Shown: positions 1-9,600, counted from the first letter of the stretch. The stretch: 64,000 bases of DNA from Candidatus Latescibacterota bacterium (GCA_965222075.1 OZ244937.1:3616001-3680000); one strand, 5' to 3'. Program-made: numbers and translations. Notes: generated by a model from the letters alone, not told the origin.

Positions 1-1346
1 TCGCCCGTCCACCCCGGCACCGCCCGCCAGCCGTTCGACGCGGTCCGGATTGGGATCTTGCCTTCATGCAGGTATCCGAAAGTCCCGTGCACATCGGCCA
101 CCGCGTAGTTGTTCACCCGGTCTGTCCACTTCCCGAACGCATCGTGTAGTTCCTCCACCGACCGCGACCACATCGCGTCCCGTGCCGCATCCACCCAGAG
201 GGTCCCCTCAAGAAGGCCGGGGTCGCTGATCGCCACCCCCCATCCGGAAGCGGGCTCTCCCGCAACCACCGGCCCGTGGTGGGTCACCGTCACCTCGACC
301 TCCACCGGCTTCCCGCCGCGCACACGAATCGTCTCGCTAAAAACCTCCGCCGGTTCCCACTCTCCCTTAAACGCATATTCCCGGCCACCGGGACCTTCCC
401 GAAACTTTTCGACAAAAAGGTCCTGCGTATCCGCACTGCCATATGTCATCCCCCACGCCACGTGCTCGTTGTGGCAGAAGTGGAGCGCCCCGGGCATGCC
501 CGGCACAGACGACCCGATCACCGTAAACCCCGGACACGACAGATGCACCTGGTAGTAAACGTTCGGCGTATCCAGCGCCCGGTGCGAGTCCCCCGCAACC
601 AGCGGTAGCCCCGACCGGGTCAGCCTGCCGGAAATCGCCCATGCGTTCGACCCCGCGTCCCCCTCGTTCAGCCAGTTGGCGTCTTCCGCAGCCTTGCTCA
701 GCGCTTCTAACCCGTCCAGCGCGGGGCCCGCGTACCCCTCCCCCGGCGGCACCGTAAGCAGATGCCCGCTCGGGTAGCCCCTGATCAGCCCGGCGACCTT
801 CTCTGGCCCGGCCGCCTTTATCAGCCGCGTCCTGAAAAGCTTCGGCTCGAACGTTCCCAGCAGCGTGTTGCGCATCTTGTACACCGCCAGGCAGTGCCAG
901 TTCTCCCACCGCTCGGGCGTCTCGCCCAGGATTGTGTACTCGATCGGCAGGGTCTGGGTCGAATCCAAAAACGCATTCACCCCTGCCGTATACGCATCCA
1001 CCATCCCCTTCGCTTCCTTACCTGCCGCCTCGTAATCCAGCACCGCCGTGCGCCCCATCCCCGCGGCCCGAAGCAGCCGGTCCTGATCCATGCCGCCCGG
1101 CCCGGCGAACTCCGCCCACCGCCCCAGCGCCCGGTGCCGGTCAAAGTCCATATGCCAGAGCCGGTCCTGCGCCGTCACAAATCCCTGCGCAAAAAAAAGG
1201 TCTCCCTCCTTCTCCGCCCTGATATGCGGAATCCCCCACCGGTCCCGGTACACCTCAACGGATTTTTCCAGTCCCCCCAGCCGCATCGGGCTTGTCACAT
1301 CCGGCAGCGCCGCCTTCAAATCCGATTCCGTAATCTCAACCGCCAT
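1..1346 (-). CDS. Penicillin acylase family protein (peptidase S45, Ntn hydrolase); 3' end runs off the window
   Basis: Not in the ORF track because it is open-ended. Manual translation from ATG at 1346 gives MAVEITESDLKAALP...VEVYRDRWGIPHIRAE...FFAQGFVTAQDRLWHMD, and later the beta-chain start GSNAWAISG...LVAGDSHR. GGAG SD upstream. Confidence 0.9.
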   Translation of the reverse strand, partial: MAVEITESDLKAALPDVTSPMRLGGLEKSVEVYRDRWGIPHIRAEKEGDLFFAQGFVTAQDRLWHMDFDRHRALGRWAEFAGPGGMDQDRLLRAAGMGRTAVLDYEAAGKEAKGMVDAYTAGVNAFLDSTQTLPIEYTILGETPERWENWHCLAVYKMRNTLLGTFEPKLFRTRLIKAAGPEKVAGLIRGYPSGHLLTVPPGEGYAGPALDGLEALSKAAEDANWLNEGDAGSNAWAISGRLTRSGLPLVAGDSHRALDTPNVYYQVHLSCPGFTVIGSSVPGMPGALHFCHNEHVAWGMTYGSADTQDLFVEKFREGPGGREYAFKGEWEPAEVFSETIRVRGGKPVEVEVTVTHHGPVVAGEPASGWGVAISDPGLLEGTLWVDAARDAMWSRSVEELHDAFGKWTDRVNNYAVADVHGTFGYLHEGKIPIRTASNGWRAVPGWTG

Positions 1347-1367
1347 CGCCGCTCCTTCTTCTTCTGC

Positions 1368-2531
1368 TCAATACCCAAATGCCCGAATCGCCTCCTCTGC
1401 TACCTCGATCCCGAACCCCGGCGCGTCGTTGGGCGCCAGCCAGCCGCCCTCCGGCACCGCCTGTCCCGGGCCGGCGGCCTCCTCCAGCGGCACCCCGGGC
1501 GCCGATCCGATAAAGCACTCGGCCCAGGGCGCATTAGAGGTTGCAAAGGTAAAGTGCTGCCCGTAAGGGGTGTTTCCGCCCCCGTGCAGGATCACGGAAA
1601 GTCCTGCCGCATCGGCCATGTGGGCAATCTTGACACACTCGGAAAGCCCTCCCACCCACTTGATATCCGGCTGCAGAATATCCAGCGACCCCGCCTTGAC
1701 CATCTGCATATAGGGCCAGCGCGTATACAGGTGCTCTCCCGATGCCAGCGAGACCCAGTTCACCGCTTCCCGCACCGCCCGGTGACCGTCGATATCCTCC
1801 GGAATCAGGTACTCCTCGATCCACTTCAACCGGTACGGCTTCAACCGTCTGGCCAGGCGGATCGTGTACTCCACATCGAACGCCATATAGCAATCCAGCA
1901 TCACCTCCACTTCATCTCCCACCTGCTCCCGGGTCTTGGCCACCAGCCGCTCGTTTTCGTCCAGTCCCCCCAGCCCGTCCGCCGGCCCGTAAGGACAGGC
2001 CAGCTTTACCGCCTTGAACCCCAGTTCGAGCTGCCAGTCCGTATCGTTCCCCGTCGCATAACAGAAAATCCGGTCCCGCACCGGCCCGCCCAACAGTTCG
2101 TAGACCGGCTTCCCCTGCAGCTTGCCCACAAGGTCCCACAGTGCCAGGTCCACCCCGCTCATTGCACACGCCGCCAGTCCGGTACTCCCGTAAGGCTTGG
2201 ACATGCGGAACATCATATCCCAGCATTTCTCGATCGCAAAACAGCTCTCTCCCGCCAGCACCGGCCCGAAGTGGTCGTCCACGATCGCCGCCACCGGCCT
2301 CCCAAACGTCGTCTGCCCCAGCCCGAAGGTCCCGTCCTCCGCCACCGCCTGCACCCACACCGCCCCCCACTTCTTCGGCTGCCACAGCGAGCGGTGCCGC
2401 TTGTAGGCCGGAAACCGCGACATCGGATTCGCCACCTCCGCGTCGGCCCCCCAGGAATCCCGCCGGGGCTGCGACCTCCTCTGCCGGGCCGGCAGATCGA
2501 CCTGCACCGCCCGAATCTCCTTGATCTTCAT
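1368..2531 (-). CDS. Mandelate racemase/enolase-superfamily acid-sugar dehydratase, L-rhamnonate dehydratase-like
   Basis: 387 aa; SGVDLALWDLVGKLQGKPVYELLGG, KAVKLACPYG, MLDCYM, WIEE, ASGEH, LQPDIKWVGG motifs. Confidence 0.85.
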   Translation of the reverse strand: MKIKEIRAVQVDLPARQRRSQPRRDSWGADAEVANPMSRFPAYKRHRSLWQPKKWGAVWVQAVAEDGTFGLGQTTFGRPVAAIVDDHFGPVLAGESCFAIEKCWDMMFRMSKPYGSTGLAACAMSGVDLALWDLVGKLQGKPVYELLGGPVRDRIFCYATGNDTDWQLELGFKAVKLACPYGPADGLGGLDENERLVAKTREQVGDEVEVMLDCYMAFDVEYTIRLARRLKPYRLKWIEEYLIPEDIDGHRAVREAVNWVSLASGEHLYTRWPYMQMVKAGSLDILQPDIKWVGGLSECVKIAHMADAAGLSVILHGGGNTPYGQHFTFATSNAPWAECFIGSAPGVPLEEAAGPGQAVPEGGWLAPNDAPGFGIEVAEEAIRAFGY

Positions 2532-2641
2532 CGGTTACCCCTCTTTTTGGTCTCTTTCAACGCCTTCTCACACATATCCGGCACAGAATCGCCGTCTTTA
2601 CTCCCATCGTCCCCCGCTCCTGAATGGTGGATTGCGGTGTC

Positions 2642-3568
2642 TCACGCTTCCAGCACCATTCTCAGCAGCGCCATCCGAATATACAGCCCATTGTGCGCCT
2701 GCCGAAAGTAGGCCGCCCGGGGGTCCGAGTCTACCTCCGGAACGATCTCGTCCACCCGGGGCAGCGGGTGCATCACCCGCGCCTGCTCGGACAGGACCTC
2801 CATCACCTGCATATCGACAACATACCTCCCCCGCGCCTTCTCGTAGTCCTCAATCCGGTCCCCAAACCGCTCCCGCTGGATCCGGGTCTGGTAGATCACA
2901 TCCACCTTTCGGCCCACATCCAGCAGGTCCTTCTCCTCCTTAAACCGGACCCCGTGCCGCCGGAGGTAGTCCTTGATATCCTCCTTCATCCGGACCACAT
3001 CCGGGGCCACAAAATACAGGGTCACGTCGTCGTACTTGGCCAGCAGGTAGGCCAGAGAGCGGACCGTGCGGCCGTTGGCCAGGTCTCCCACCATTGCCAC
3101 CGAAATCCCGTCCAACCGCCCGATCTCCTTCTGAATCGTATACACGTCCAACAGCGCCTGGGTCGGGTGCTGCCCCGGTCCGTCCCCCGCGTTCAGAATA
3201 GGCACCGAAGCCACGTCGGCCGCTCGTCGGGCCGCCCCGCTTTGAAAGTGCCGCAGCACAATCACATCCGCGTACCCCTCCACAATCCGGATCGTATCCT
3301 CTAACGTCTCCCCCTTTGCCGCAGAGGAAAACTCCTGTGCGCTCTCGGTCGTAACCACCTCCCCCCCCAGGCGGTGCATGGCCGACTCGAACGAGAGGCG
3401 CGTCCGGGTGCTTGGCTCGTAGAAGAGCGTGGCCATAATCCGGCGGTTCAAAATGTTGGAGCCGTAGCGGCTTACAACCTCCTCCATCTCCCGGGTCACC
3501 GAAAAGATCTCGTTCAAGAGGTCACGGTCAAACTGCTGGGCCTCAACGACGTGGAAAAGCCGGTCCAT
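2642..3568 (-). CDS. pyrB: Aspartate carbamoyltransferase catalytic subunit
   Basis: FYEPSTRTRLSFE, NAGDGPGQHPTQALLD, MHPLPR motifs; AGGAGG SD. Confidence 0.97.
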   Translation of the reverse strand: MDRLFHVVEAQQFDRDLLNEIFSVTREMEEVVSRYGSNILNRRIMATLFYEPSTRTRLSFESAMHRLGGEVVTTESAQEFSSAAKGETLEDTIRIVEGYADVIVLRHFQSGAARRAADVASVPILNAGDGPGQHPTQALLDVYTIQKEIGRLDGISVAMVGDLANGRTVRSLAYLLAKYDDVTLYFVAPDVVRMKEDIKDYLRRHGVRFKEEKDLLDVGRKVDVIYQTRIQRERFGDRIEDYEKARGRYVVDMQVMEVLSEQARVMHPLPRVDEIVPEVDSDPRAAYFRQAHNGLYIRMALLRMVLEA

Positions 3569-3590
3569 CGTAAAATCCTCCTTTGGGCAG

Positions 3591-3617
3591 AAAAAAAGCT
3601 CCCCTATCAGGAGGAGC
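3591..3617 (-). terminator. Intrinsic terminator in the pyrB leader (attenuator)
   Basis: Minus strand GCTCCTC-CTGATA-GGGGAGC followed by T7, about 22 nt upstream of the pyrB start codon. Confidence 0.75.
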
Positions 3618-3672
3618 GTCCGTCACATCCACATGCGGAAAAATCGTCTTTAGCTCGAAAAGAAAGTCCCAT
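3607..3672 (-). CDS. Putative 21-aa pyrB leader peptide MGLSFRAKDDFSACGCDGRSS
   Basis: ATG just downstream of the predicted promoter; contains T-rich tracts; its TGA lies in the loop of the terminator. Confidence 0.5.
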   Translation of the reverse strand: MGLSFRAKDDFSACGCDGRSS

Positions 3673-3682
3673 TTAAGATGCA

Positions 3683-3711
3683 AATATAGGGGCGGTTCCC
3701 CACTTTAGCAA
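3683..3711 (-). promoter_or_regulatory. Sigma70-type promoter for the pyrB leader
   Basis: TTGCTA-17 bp-TATATT on the minus strand. Confidence 0.6.
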
Positions 3712-3750
3712 GAGGAAAATCGGCCCTCCCTCTGAAGATCTAAAAAAGGC

Positions 3751-3779
3751 TTGACACCGGGAGGTGGAATGAGCATATA
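3751..3779 (+). promoter_or_regulatory. Possible sigma70 promoter, divergent from pyrB
   Basis: TTGACA-17 bp-CATATA. Confidence 0.4.
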
Positions 3780-3821
3780 CGTGCGAACAGATCACACGAT
3801 CATCCACGCCTTTACAAACAG

Positions 3822-5777
3822 ATGAACGATGCGTCTTCCGCCGGGCATACCTCTCACCCTCTCAATCATCCTCTCGGGGCTTCTCACCATGGCCTCATCT
3901 CCTGGCTGTGGGATGCAGACGTGCTGGAATCCGAGATTCTGACAACAGAAGACCACACAGCCGTCTACCTGTCCGGTCCGGACCTGCTCGGGGAAGCCTT
4001 TGGACCGGCCTTCCGGTCCCTCCTCTCATCAAAACGGACCCTTCCCGACCGCCTCTCCGTCAGGACCTATCCCGGCAAAAAAGCGGCCTGGGAAGTCCGT
4101 GGAGAATCGTTCTATCTAAACGGTGAGCCGATCCTGCTGCGGGGTATAGGCACCCTGTCTATCGGCGGGAACCTGTCCCCGGAGGCCGTCGAGCAGTCCC
4201 TCGCAACCTACCGGGACCTCAACCTCAACTTCGTCCTGCCCTATTCCCGGTACAATGCGAACCTCGATGCTTTCGAGAACGCTCTGGACCTCATTCACCG
4301 TTACAAAATGCACGCGGTCGTCTGGATCGGCGGTCCTCCGGGCCACTTCATCGCCGGGGTTGCCGCATACAGCGAAAAGCCGCTCCGCGACGAATGGTGG
4401 CTCAGACACCTGCGGTATAAAAACCACCCCGCGCTCCTGGGGTGGAACATGTGCGACGACACCTTCGACAGGTACGACCCCTTTCTGGAACGCACACACC
4501 GGGTCATTAAAAAATACGACGCGGAAAACGCCCTCACCCTCACCCTGATGGACCCCAGACATCCGGAACAGTTGCCCGATAGCGCCTTTCAAAAATGGAT
4601 CGACCGCGTCGACTATCCCATGACCTATCTCTACCCCCTTCAAAAAGACGACATTTACGGCACCGTGGACATCGAGGGCGGTCTGGAAGACCTGCAGCGC
4701 CTCATTGCCAACACGCAGCGCATCTGGAAAAAACCCGTCTACATCCAGATCTGGTGCCAGGCGCACATGCAGGGCGTCGCCTACGGTCGGGTCGGCCTGG
4801 GCCCGGGAGAAACCTTCCTGCCCTCGCCCGAACAGCAGCGGTTGATGACCACCTACATCCTGCAGTCCGGCGCCCGCGGTATCGTCTACTTCAACTCCAG
4901 CAGCATCCTGGACGAACACCTCGGCATGGGCAGACGAAACGAAATCGGCATCCTCTGGCACGAACTCTCTCCGATAGAAACCCTCATCGCCGGAGGCGTG
5001 CGAACCCCTCTAAAAACGGACCAGGAACAGGTCGAAGCGACCGCATACACCTGCAACGGGGAAACCGCTATTCTGTTGAGCAAACACATCCCCAAATCCA
5101 ACCGGTACGTGTCAAACGGCGAGGTTCGCAACCTGATCCTCACCCTGCCGGAAGAGGCGGGAAGGGCGTTTTATCACCTGCAATTTCCAGACGTACAGCA
5201 ACTGGCGGTCACCCCTGTGGATGGCCGCCTTCAGATTCATATCCCGCGGTTTGATCTCACCGCCCTTGTCCTCGCAACTCCGGACCCGAACCGCTCGGAA
5301 CGGATCCGGGACGCCTACCGGGCAAAACTGGGGCGCCTCTCCCGAATGGCCCTCGAGATCCTGATTGATAAAAGGGCGAAAACGGAAGTTGTGCTGGACC
5401 ACCTGCCCCCGAACATCCGCGATGTCCACCTGCGATTGGTACAACAGGGCGAACGAATCTGTGAGCGGGCGATACGCGCCTATCTTGCCCGAAATGAGCG
5501 TGAAACATACACGCTGTGCCGGCAGAACCTGAGCATATATCGAACCATCGAGGCGTCGGTTATGCAGACTGCGGAAGCCTCAATCGAAGATAGGGACCTG
5601 TCGCTTGAGCAGAAACGCCATACCAATATTTATTTTTCCCTGCCCAGATATTACGCCTCGTTAAACGCCGTACCCGATATCGAACCCGGGCAGTTAAAAG
5701 CCGAAACACTGGAACGTATCGACACGCTTTTTTCCCGGATTTCGGACAAAAAAATAACCCGCTCCGCTCTATGTTAA
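3822..5777 (+). CDS. Hypothetical protein with a glycoside-hydrolase-like TIM-barrel region; 5' end uncertain
   Basis: EVRGESFYLNGEPILLRG and RYKNHPALLGWNMCDD resemble GH2/clan GH-A barrel segments. Confidence 0.6.
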   Translation: MNDASSAGHTSHPLNHPLGASHHGLISWLWDADVLESEILTTEDHTAVYLSGPDLLGEAFGPAFRSLLSSKRTLPDRLSVRTYPGKKAAWEVRGESFYLNGEPILLRGIGTLSIGGNLSPEAVEQSLATYRDLNLNFVLPYSRYNANLDAFENALDLIHRYKMHAVVWIGGPPGHFIAGVAAYSEKPLRDEWWLRHLRYKNHPALLGWNMCDDTFDRYDPFLERTHRVIKKYDAENALTLTLMDPRHPEQLPDSAFQKWIDRVDYPMTYLYPLQKDDIYGTVDIEGGLEDLQRLIANTQRIWKKPVYIQIWCQAHMQGVAYGRVGLGPGETFLPSPEQQRLMTTYILQSGARGIVYFNSSSILDEHLGMGRRNEIGILWHELSPIETLIAGGVRTPLKTDQEQVEATAYTCNGETAILLSKHIPKSNRYVSNGEVRNLILTLPEEAGRAFYHLQFPDVQQLAVTPVDGRLQIHIPRFDLTALVLATPDPNRSERIRDAYRAKLGRLSRMALEILIDKRAKTEVVLDHLPPNIRDVHLRLVQQGERICERAIRAYLARNERETYTLCRQNLSIYRTIEASVMQTAEASIEDRDLSLEQKRHTNIYFSLPRYYASLNAVPDIEPGQLKAETLERIDTLFSRISDKKITRSALC

Positions 5778-5855
5778 AAAAGAAGGTAGTGTCTCTTGAC
5801 GCTTAAAATTGCGGGTAGAGTCGTTTCAGTTTAATCCGTGCTTCATCGGTGGTTT

Positions 5856-6941
5856 CTATTTTTTAGGATTCACAAGCTCCAGCAAGGCCTGACGGGCGCG
5901 AGAGTCTTGGCTGCGACCCAGAACCCGAATTGCCTGCTTGCGCACATTCAGATACGGATGTTTTCGGGCAATTTCTACCAATTTTGGGATGCCTTTATCT
6001 GCTGGCAGGCGAATCAGGATATTGATAACCAGCATCTGCATATCCCTATTCGCATCATTTTGGCTAATTTCTTCCACCAGCAGTAGTGCCTTTTCCGGGT
6101 TTTTGCGTGCGAAAATGTAGCTGGCCTTTTTGCGAATATAGGAATCGGGATGCGTGCGAATGACTTTTGCCAGAAGCGCTGACGCCTCTTCCTCCGACGA
6201 CAATTGTGCGGCGGCACGCAAGGCAGTGTTCTGAACGCCCTTATCGGCGTCTTGAAATATTCTGTCGGTCAATAATTCCAAGACGCCTTCGGGCTTCTTT
6301 TGAATAAGGAGAAATATTGCTCGCGAGCGCATACGTGGGCTGGGAGCGTTAATCACGATGTCTTTGATGATTTTTGATACTTGAGGAGAGTCAAAGAGAA
6401 GGAGTATTTGCAGCACCTGGAGACGTACCCCCTCGTTGTCAGTGCGATCCAGGAGTGTTAGGGCCGCATCAAGTACATGTTCGTCGCGCGTGTGCTGCAA
6501 AGCGTACAGGGCTGTAAGGGCGATCTCTTCGTTCGTGCTCTGTTTCATCGATTGGAGGATTTCATCGTATTTGGGATTCCCTGTGCTGGAGAGTTGTCGG
6601 GCAAGTTTGACAAGGTTGGCCCGAGCGTCATTGATCCACTTGCTTCTGCTGTTCACGTGGATAAAGTTTTCATAGCAGGCAACAGCTTTTTCTGGCTGAT
6701 CCTGCTTTTTCAAAGTGTAACACTGCCAGAATTTGGCGTCATCCACCCACGCGCTTTTGGGATATCGCTGCAACATATCTTTAAAAGCGTTTGATGCCTC
6801 GTTCCACTGTTCGTCCAGAATGAGATTGTATGCTTGTTGGTAGACTTTGTAGCCATCATCCTGTTTTTTTGCCGCATTCAGACCGTTTGCAAAGACGAAT
6901 GCGAGCAGTAGGACGATGATGAAAGACAGGTTCCCACGCAT
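5856..6941 (-). CDS. Secreted TPR plus HEAT-repeat protein
   Basis: Signal peptide, TPR-like YPKSAWVDDAKFWQCY, repeated HEAT-like units (VRKQAIRVLG); lower GC than its neighbours. Confidence 0.75.
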   Translation of the reverse strand: MRGNLSFIIVLLLAFVFANGLNAAKKQDDGYKVYQQAYNLILDEQWNEASNAFKDMLQRYPKSAWVDDAKFWQCYTLKKQDQPEKAVACYENFIHVNSRSKWINDARANLVKLARQLSSTGNPKYDEILQSMKQSTNEEIALTALYALQHTRDEHVLDAALTLLDRTDNEGVRLQVLQILLLFDSPQVSKIIKDIVINAPSPRMRSRAIFLLIQKKPEGVLELLTDRIFQDADKGVQNTALRAAAQLSSEEEASALLAKVIRTHPDSYIRKKASYIFARKNPEKALLLVEEISQNDANRDMQMLVINILIRLPADKGIPKLVEIARKHPYLNVRKQAIRVLGRSQDSRARQALLELVNPKK

Positions 6942-6974
6942 GGCACACTCTCCTCTTGTATGATCATTGTGTGG

Positions 6975-7315
6975 TTAGAGGATTATTTTGCCGGAATTGG
7001 ACAGTGAGGTGGTTTCAGCGTCGAGTTGTTGGATTTCTTCGAGATTGATGCGCAACAGGATTGCCTTGCGATTGAGGCAGATACACTGCTTCTCACCAAG
7101 TCGATTCCCGGCAGATCTTGTTTGGCTTCCAGGTTCGAGATTTGCAGCAGGATGACTTCCAGGTCAGAAATGAGCTCTCGCAATGGCTGTTGTTCTGGTT
7201 GGGTGAGCTGTACACGAAGCGGTTCGGCTTCTTGTACCAGTTGTCGTGATACGTGTTTTAGATGATAAAGATCAATTGCGTCCGGGGTTACGAGATCCGA
7301 TTCGAAGTTCACCAG
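6975..7315 (-). pseudogene. 5'-truncated, frameshifted gene remnant, possibly the C-terminus of an anti-sigma-like partner of the HEAT protein
   Basis: LRELISDLEVILLQISNLE...LVRSSV continues naturally as NRKAILLRINLEEIQQ in another frame near 7075; no clear start. Confidence 0.45.
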
Positions 7316-7360
7316 ACCGATGATTCGTTATCGTCCATCAGGAGGTTCTAATTCAATTTT

Positions 7361-7390
7361 TCTCTGCGTCCTCCGCATCTCTGCGGTGAA
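7361..7390. repeat. Short intergenic imperfect repeat TCTCTGCGTCCTCCGCATCTCTGCGGTGAA
   Basis: Three imperfect CTCTGCG-like units just past the serine hydrolase stop. Confidence 0.35.
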
Positions 7391-7394
7391 TTTT

Positions 7395-8501
7395 TTAACC
7401 CCCATTCCCCATCAGCGCCTCAGATACCGCATCGTGAAACGCCGGCCTGAGCGCTCGAATTTCCTGGTTTTCCCGCGTGGGATGAACGCGGTTGGTCAGC
7501 AGCAGCACCCCCAGGTCCCGCTCCGGGTCTGCCCACATCGACGTTCCCGTAAACCCCAGGTGTCCATAAGAACGGGGTAAAAAGAACCGGCCCGCCGAGC
7601 TCCCCTCCTCGGAAACCGTATCCCAACCCAGCGCCCGGGTGCTGCCGGGTACAATACCGGCCCGCGACGTAAACCTCCCGACCTGGACCACCGAAAAAAT
7701 CCGGCATCCCTCCCATCTCCCTTCGCAGAGAAACAGCCGCAAAAACCGCCCCAGATCGTCCGCCGTCCCGAAAAGTCCGGCGTGGGGCGCCACCCCGCCC
7801 ATTCCCGCCGCATTCTCGTCGTGCACCTCTCCGTGCACCAGTCTATCCCGCCATGCCCTGTCGTACTCCGTGGGTGGAATGCGCGCCAACAGGTCAGCCC
7901 CCGGACGGTAAATCGTCTCCTCCATCCCAACCGGATCGAAAATCAGGCGCTGAGCCAGCCGGTCCAGCCGCTCCCCGCTCACCTGTTCAACCAGCGCTCC
8001 CAGCAGCAGGAACCCCAGATCGCTGTAGACCGTCTCCTGTCCCGGCTCGTACGCCAGCGCAACCCCACAGATTGCCTCCAGGACCTCTGCCTTCGACCGG
8101 CAGGTCTGGTAAAAAGGCCGGTGTGCGGGCAGCCCCCCGCAGTGGGCCAGCAGGTGCCGGGCCGTCACCTGGTCTCGCCCCTCGCCCGTAAACGCCAAAA
8201 TCCGTTCCCCAACCGGCGCGTCCAGGTCCAGGCGCCCCGCCTCCTCCAGGACCATACAGAGCGTCGTCGTCACGACCACCTTCGTCAGCGATGCCAGATC
8301 GTACAGATCGTCGGGCCGAACCTCTCGAGCACTGGCGTCGTACGTATGGCGACCCACCGCCCACCGCGCCGCCATCCCCTCCCGCCGCACGACCAGCCCC
8401 ACCCCCCCCGGCGTCGTGCGCCCGGACACGTGCTGCACAAGCACCTGCCGAGCCCGTACCAACCGCTCCAGGTCAAACCCGAGCCGTTCGGCATCGCTCA
8501 T
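7395..8501 (-). CDS. Serine hydrolase, beta-lactamase class C-like family
   Basis: YDLASLTK (SxxK), YSDLGF, GEVHDENA, GHLGFTGT, LLTNRVHP. Confidence 0.9.
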   Translation of the reverse strand: MSDAERLGFDLERLVRARQVLVQHVSGRTTPGGVGLVVRREGMAARWAVGRHTYDASAREVRPDDLYDLASLTKVVVTTTLCMVLEEAGRLDLDAPVGERILAFTGEGRDQVTARHLLAHCGGLPAHRPFYQTCRSKAEVLEAICGVALAYEPGQETVYSDLGFLLLGALVEQVSGERLDRLAQRLIFDPVGMEETIYRPGADLLARIPPTEYDRAWRDRLVHGEVHDENAAGMGGVAPHAGLFGTADDLGRFLRLFLCEGRWEGCRIFSVVQVGRFTSRAGIVPGSTRALGWDTVSEEGSSAGRFFLPRSYGHLGFTGTSMWADPERDLGVLLLTNRVHPTRENQEIRALRPAFHDAVSEALMGNGG

Positions 8502-8527
8502 TTCACTCTCCACTCTCCACTTTCACT

Positions 8528-8556
8528 TGACCCTTCCCAAATCCAGGGATATATTA
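8528..8556 (+). promoter_or_regulatory. Sigma70-type promoter upstream of the Mut7-C remnant and cutA
   Basis: TTGACC-17 bp-TATATT. Confidence 0.55.
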
Positions 8557-8565
8557 CCCCCTAAG

Positions 8566-8607
8566 ATGAGATTCGTCGCCGACAGCATGCTGGGAAAACT
8601 CGCGCGG
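8566..8607 (+). pseudogene. N-terminal remnant of a Mut7-C (PIN-like) RNase gene
   Basis: MRFVADSMLGKLAR is the typical Mut7-C start; similarity stops after 14 codons. Confidence 0.65.
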
Positions 8608-8641
8608 AGCATCTCTCCCGGGAACCTCGAAAGGAATCGCC

Positions 8642-8983
8642 ATGACCCAGACCGAGAGCCGCATCGCCTTTGTCACCACAGGCTCTGAGGACGAAGCCCT
8701 CAAAATCGGCCGCACCCTCGTTGAAGAAGGCCTGGCCGCCTGCGCAAACCTCCTGCCGCAGATCCGGTCCATCTACCGCTGGCAGGACAAAATTGAAGAC
8801 GAACCCGAAGTCCTCATGATCCTTAAGACCACCCAATCCCGCCTGCCGGCCCTCATCGACCGCGTGCAAGAACTCCACAGCTACGACGTCCCCGAAATCG
8901 TCGCCGTCCCCATCGTCGCCGGCCTCAAACCCTACCTGGACTGGGTCCGGGAGAACACGCAAGATCGTTCAGCACAGACTTGA
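8642..8983 (+). CDS. cutA: Divalent-cation tolerance protein CutA
   Basis: LVEEGLAACANL, SIYRWQDKIE, HSYDVPEI. Confidence 0.95.
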   Translation: MTQTESRIAFVTTGSEDEALKIGRTLVEEGLAACANLLPQIRSIYRWQDKIEDEPEVLMILKTTQSRLPALIDRVQELHSYDVPEIVAVPIVAGLKPYLDWVRENTQDRSAQT

Positions 8984-9110
8984 GGTAGCCGATATCCTGC
9001 TGTGCAAACCACTCCCGGTCCCCCGGCCCGGGCGCCTCAATGCAGATCGGCCCATCAAACCCGCCCTCCTTCAACAGCCCCAGGTACTCCCGGTGGTTGA
9101 TCGCCCCGTC
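8961..9110 (-). pseudogene. C-terminal remnant of a sugar phosphate isomerase/epimerase (xylose-isomerase-like barrel)
   Basis: DGAINHREYLGLLKEGGFDGPICIEAP, then a frameshift to GDREWFAQQDIGYLKSVL. Confidence 0.6.
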
Positions 9111-9152
9111 CGGGGATCTCTATATTAACAACGCAAGCAAAAAAAGACAACC

Positions 9153-9257
9153 GGTATCGTCTACTTCCAAGAATCGGCCTCCACCCTCAAATTCATCTCC
9201 CTGGTGTTCGTCATCTTAGGCGTGGTGGGCCTACACCTCTCGGACGCGCAACGCTGA
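9153..9257 (+). pseudogene. C-terminal remnant of an SMR (EmrE/QacE-type) transporter
   Basis: GIVYFQESASTLKFISLVFVILGVVGLHLSDAQR* with no start. Confidence 0.7.
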
Positions 9258-9478
9258 GCCTGAAAAAAAAGAAGGCAAACCGTCCCCATGCCTGCCGAAT
9301 GTTCCCAGTGGCATCATCAGGCCCTTTCGGTCCTCCCGCCATTCGGGTGTGCAGACAACCCACCTCCCGAATTTCAAAACACGGCCTCTGAAACCCCTTG
9401 CTGTTATCCTCTTCTATGTGGTATATTTCGCTATACTCAATCTCAATAACAAGGCCTGGCTGCACAAGGGGTTATCCG

Positions 9479-9600
9479 ATGGCACAGAATCACAAAGAGT
9501 CGAACTTCACCTCCCGCTCGAAACGCTGGTCAACACCCTCTGTAAGCTGCCGCACGAAGACCTGGTCGAGATCAAGCACCGGATTGAGGAGCGCCTGCAG
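9479..9600 (+). pseudogene. Frameshifted small helical protein remnant, antitoxin-like
   Basis: ATG at 9479 is out of frame with SQRVELHLPLETLVNTLCKLPHEDLVEIKHRIEERLQ. Confidence 0.3.

Noticed and set aside
762-2711. 649-aa + strand ORF and similar long antisense ORFs (e.g. 43598-45169, 48942-50378, 56363-57799)
   Set aside because: They are shadows of well-supported opposite-strand genes in GC-rich DNA, Arg/Pro-rich and without motifs.
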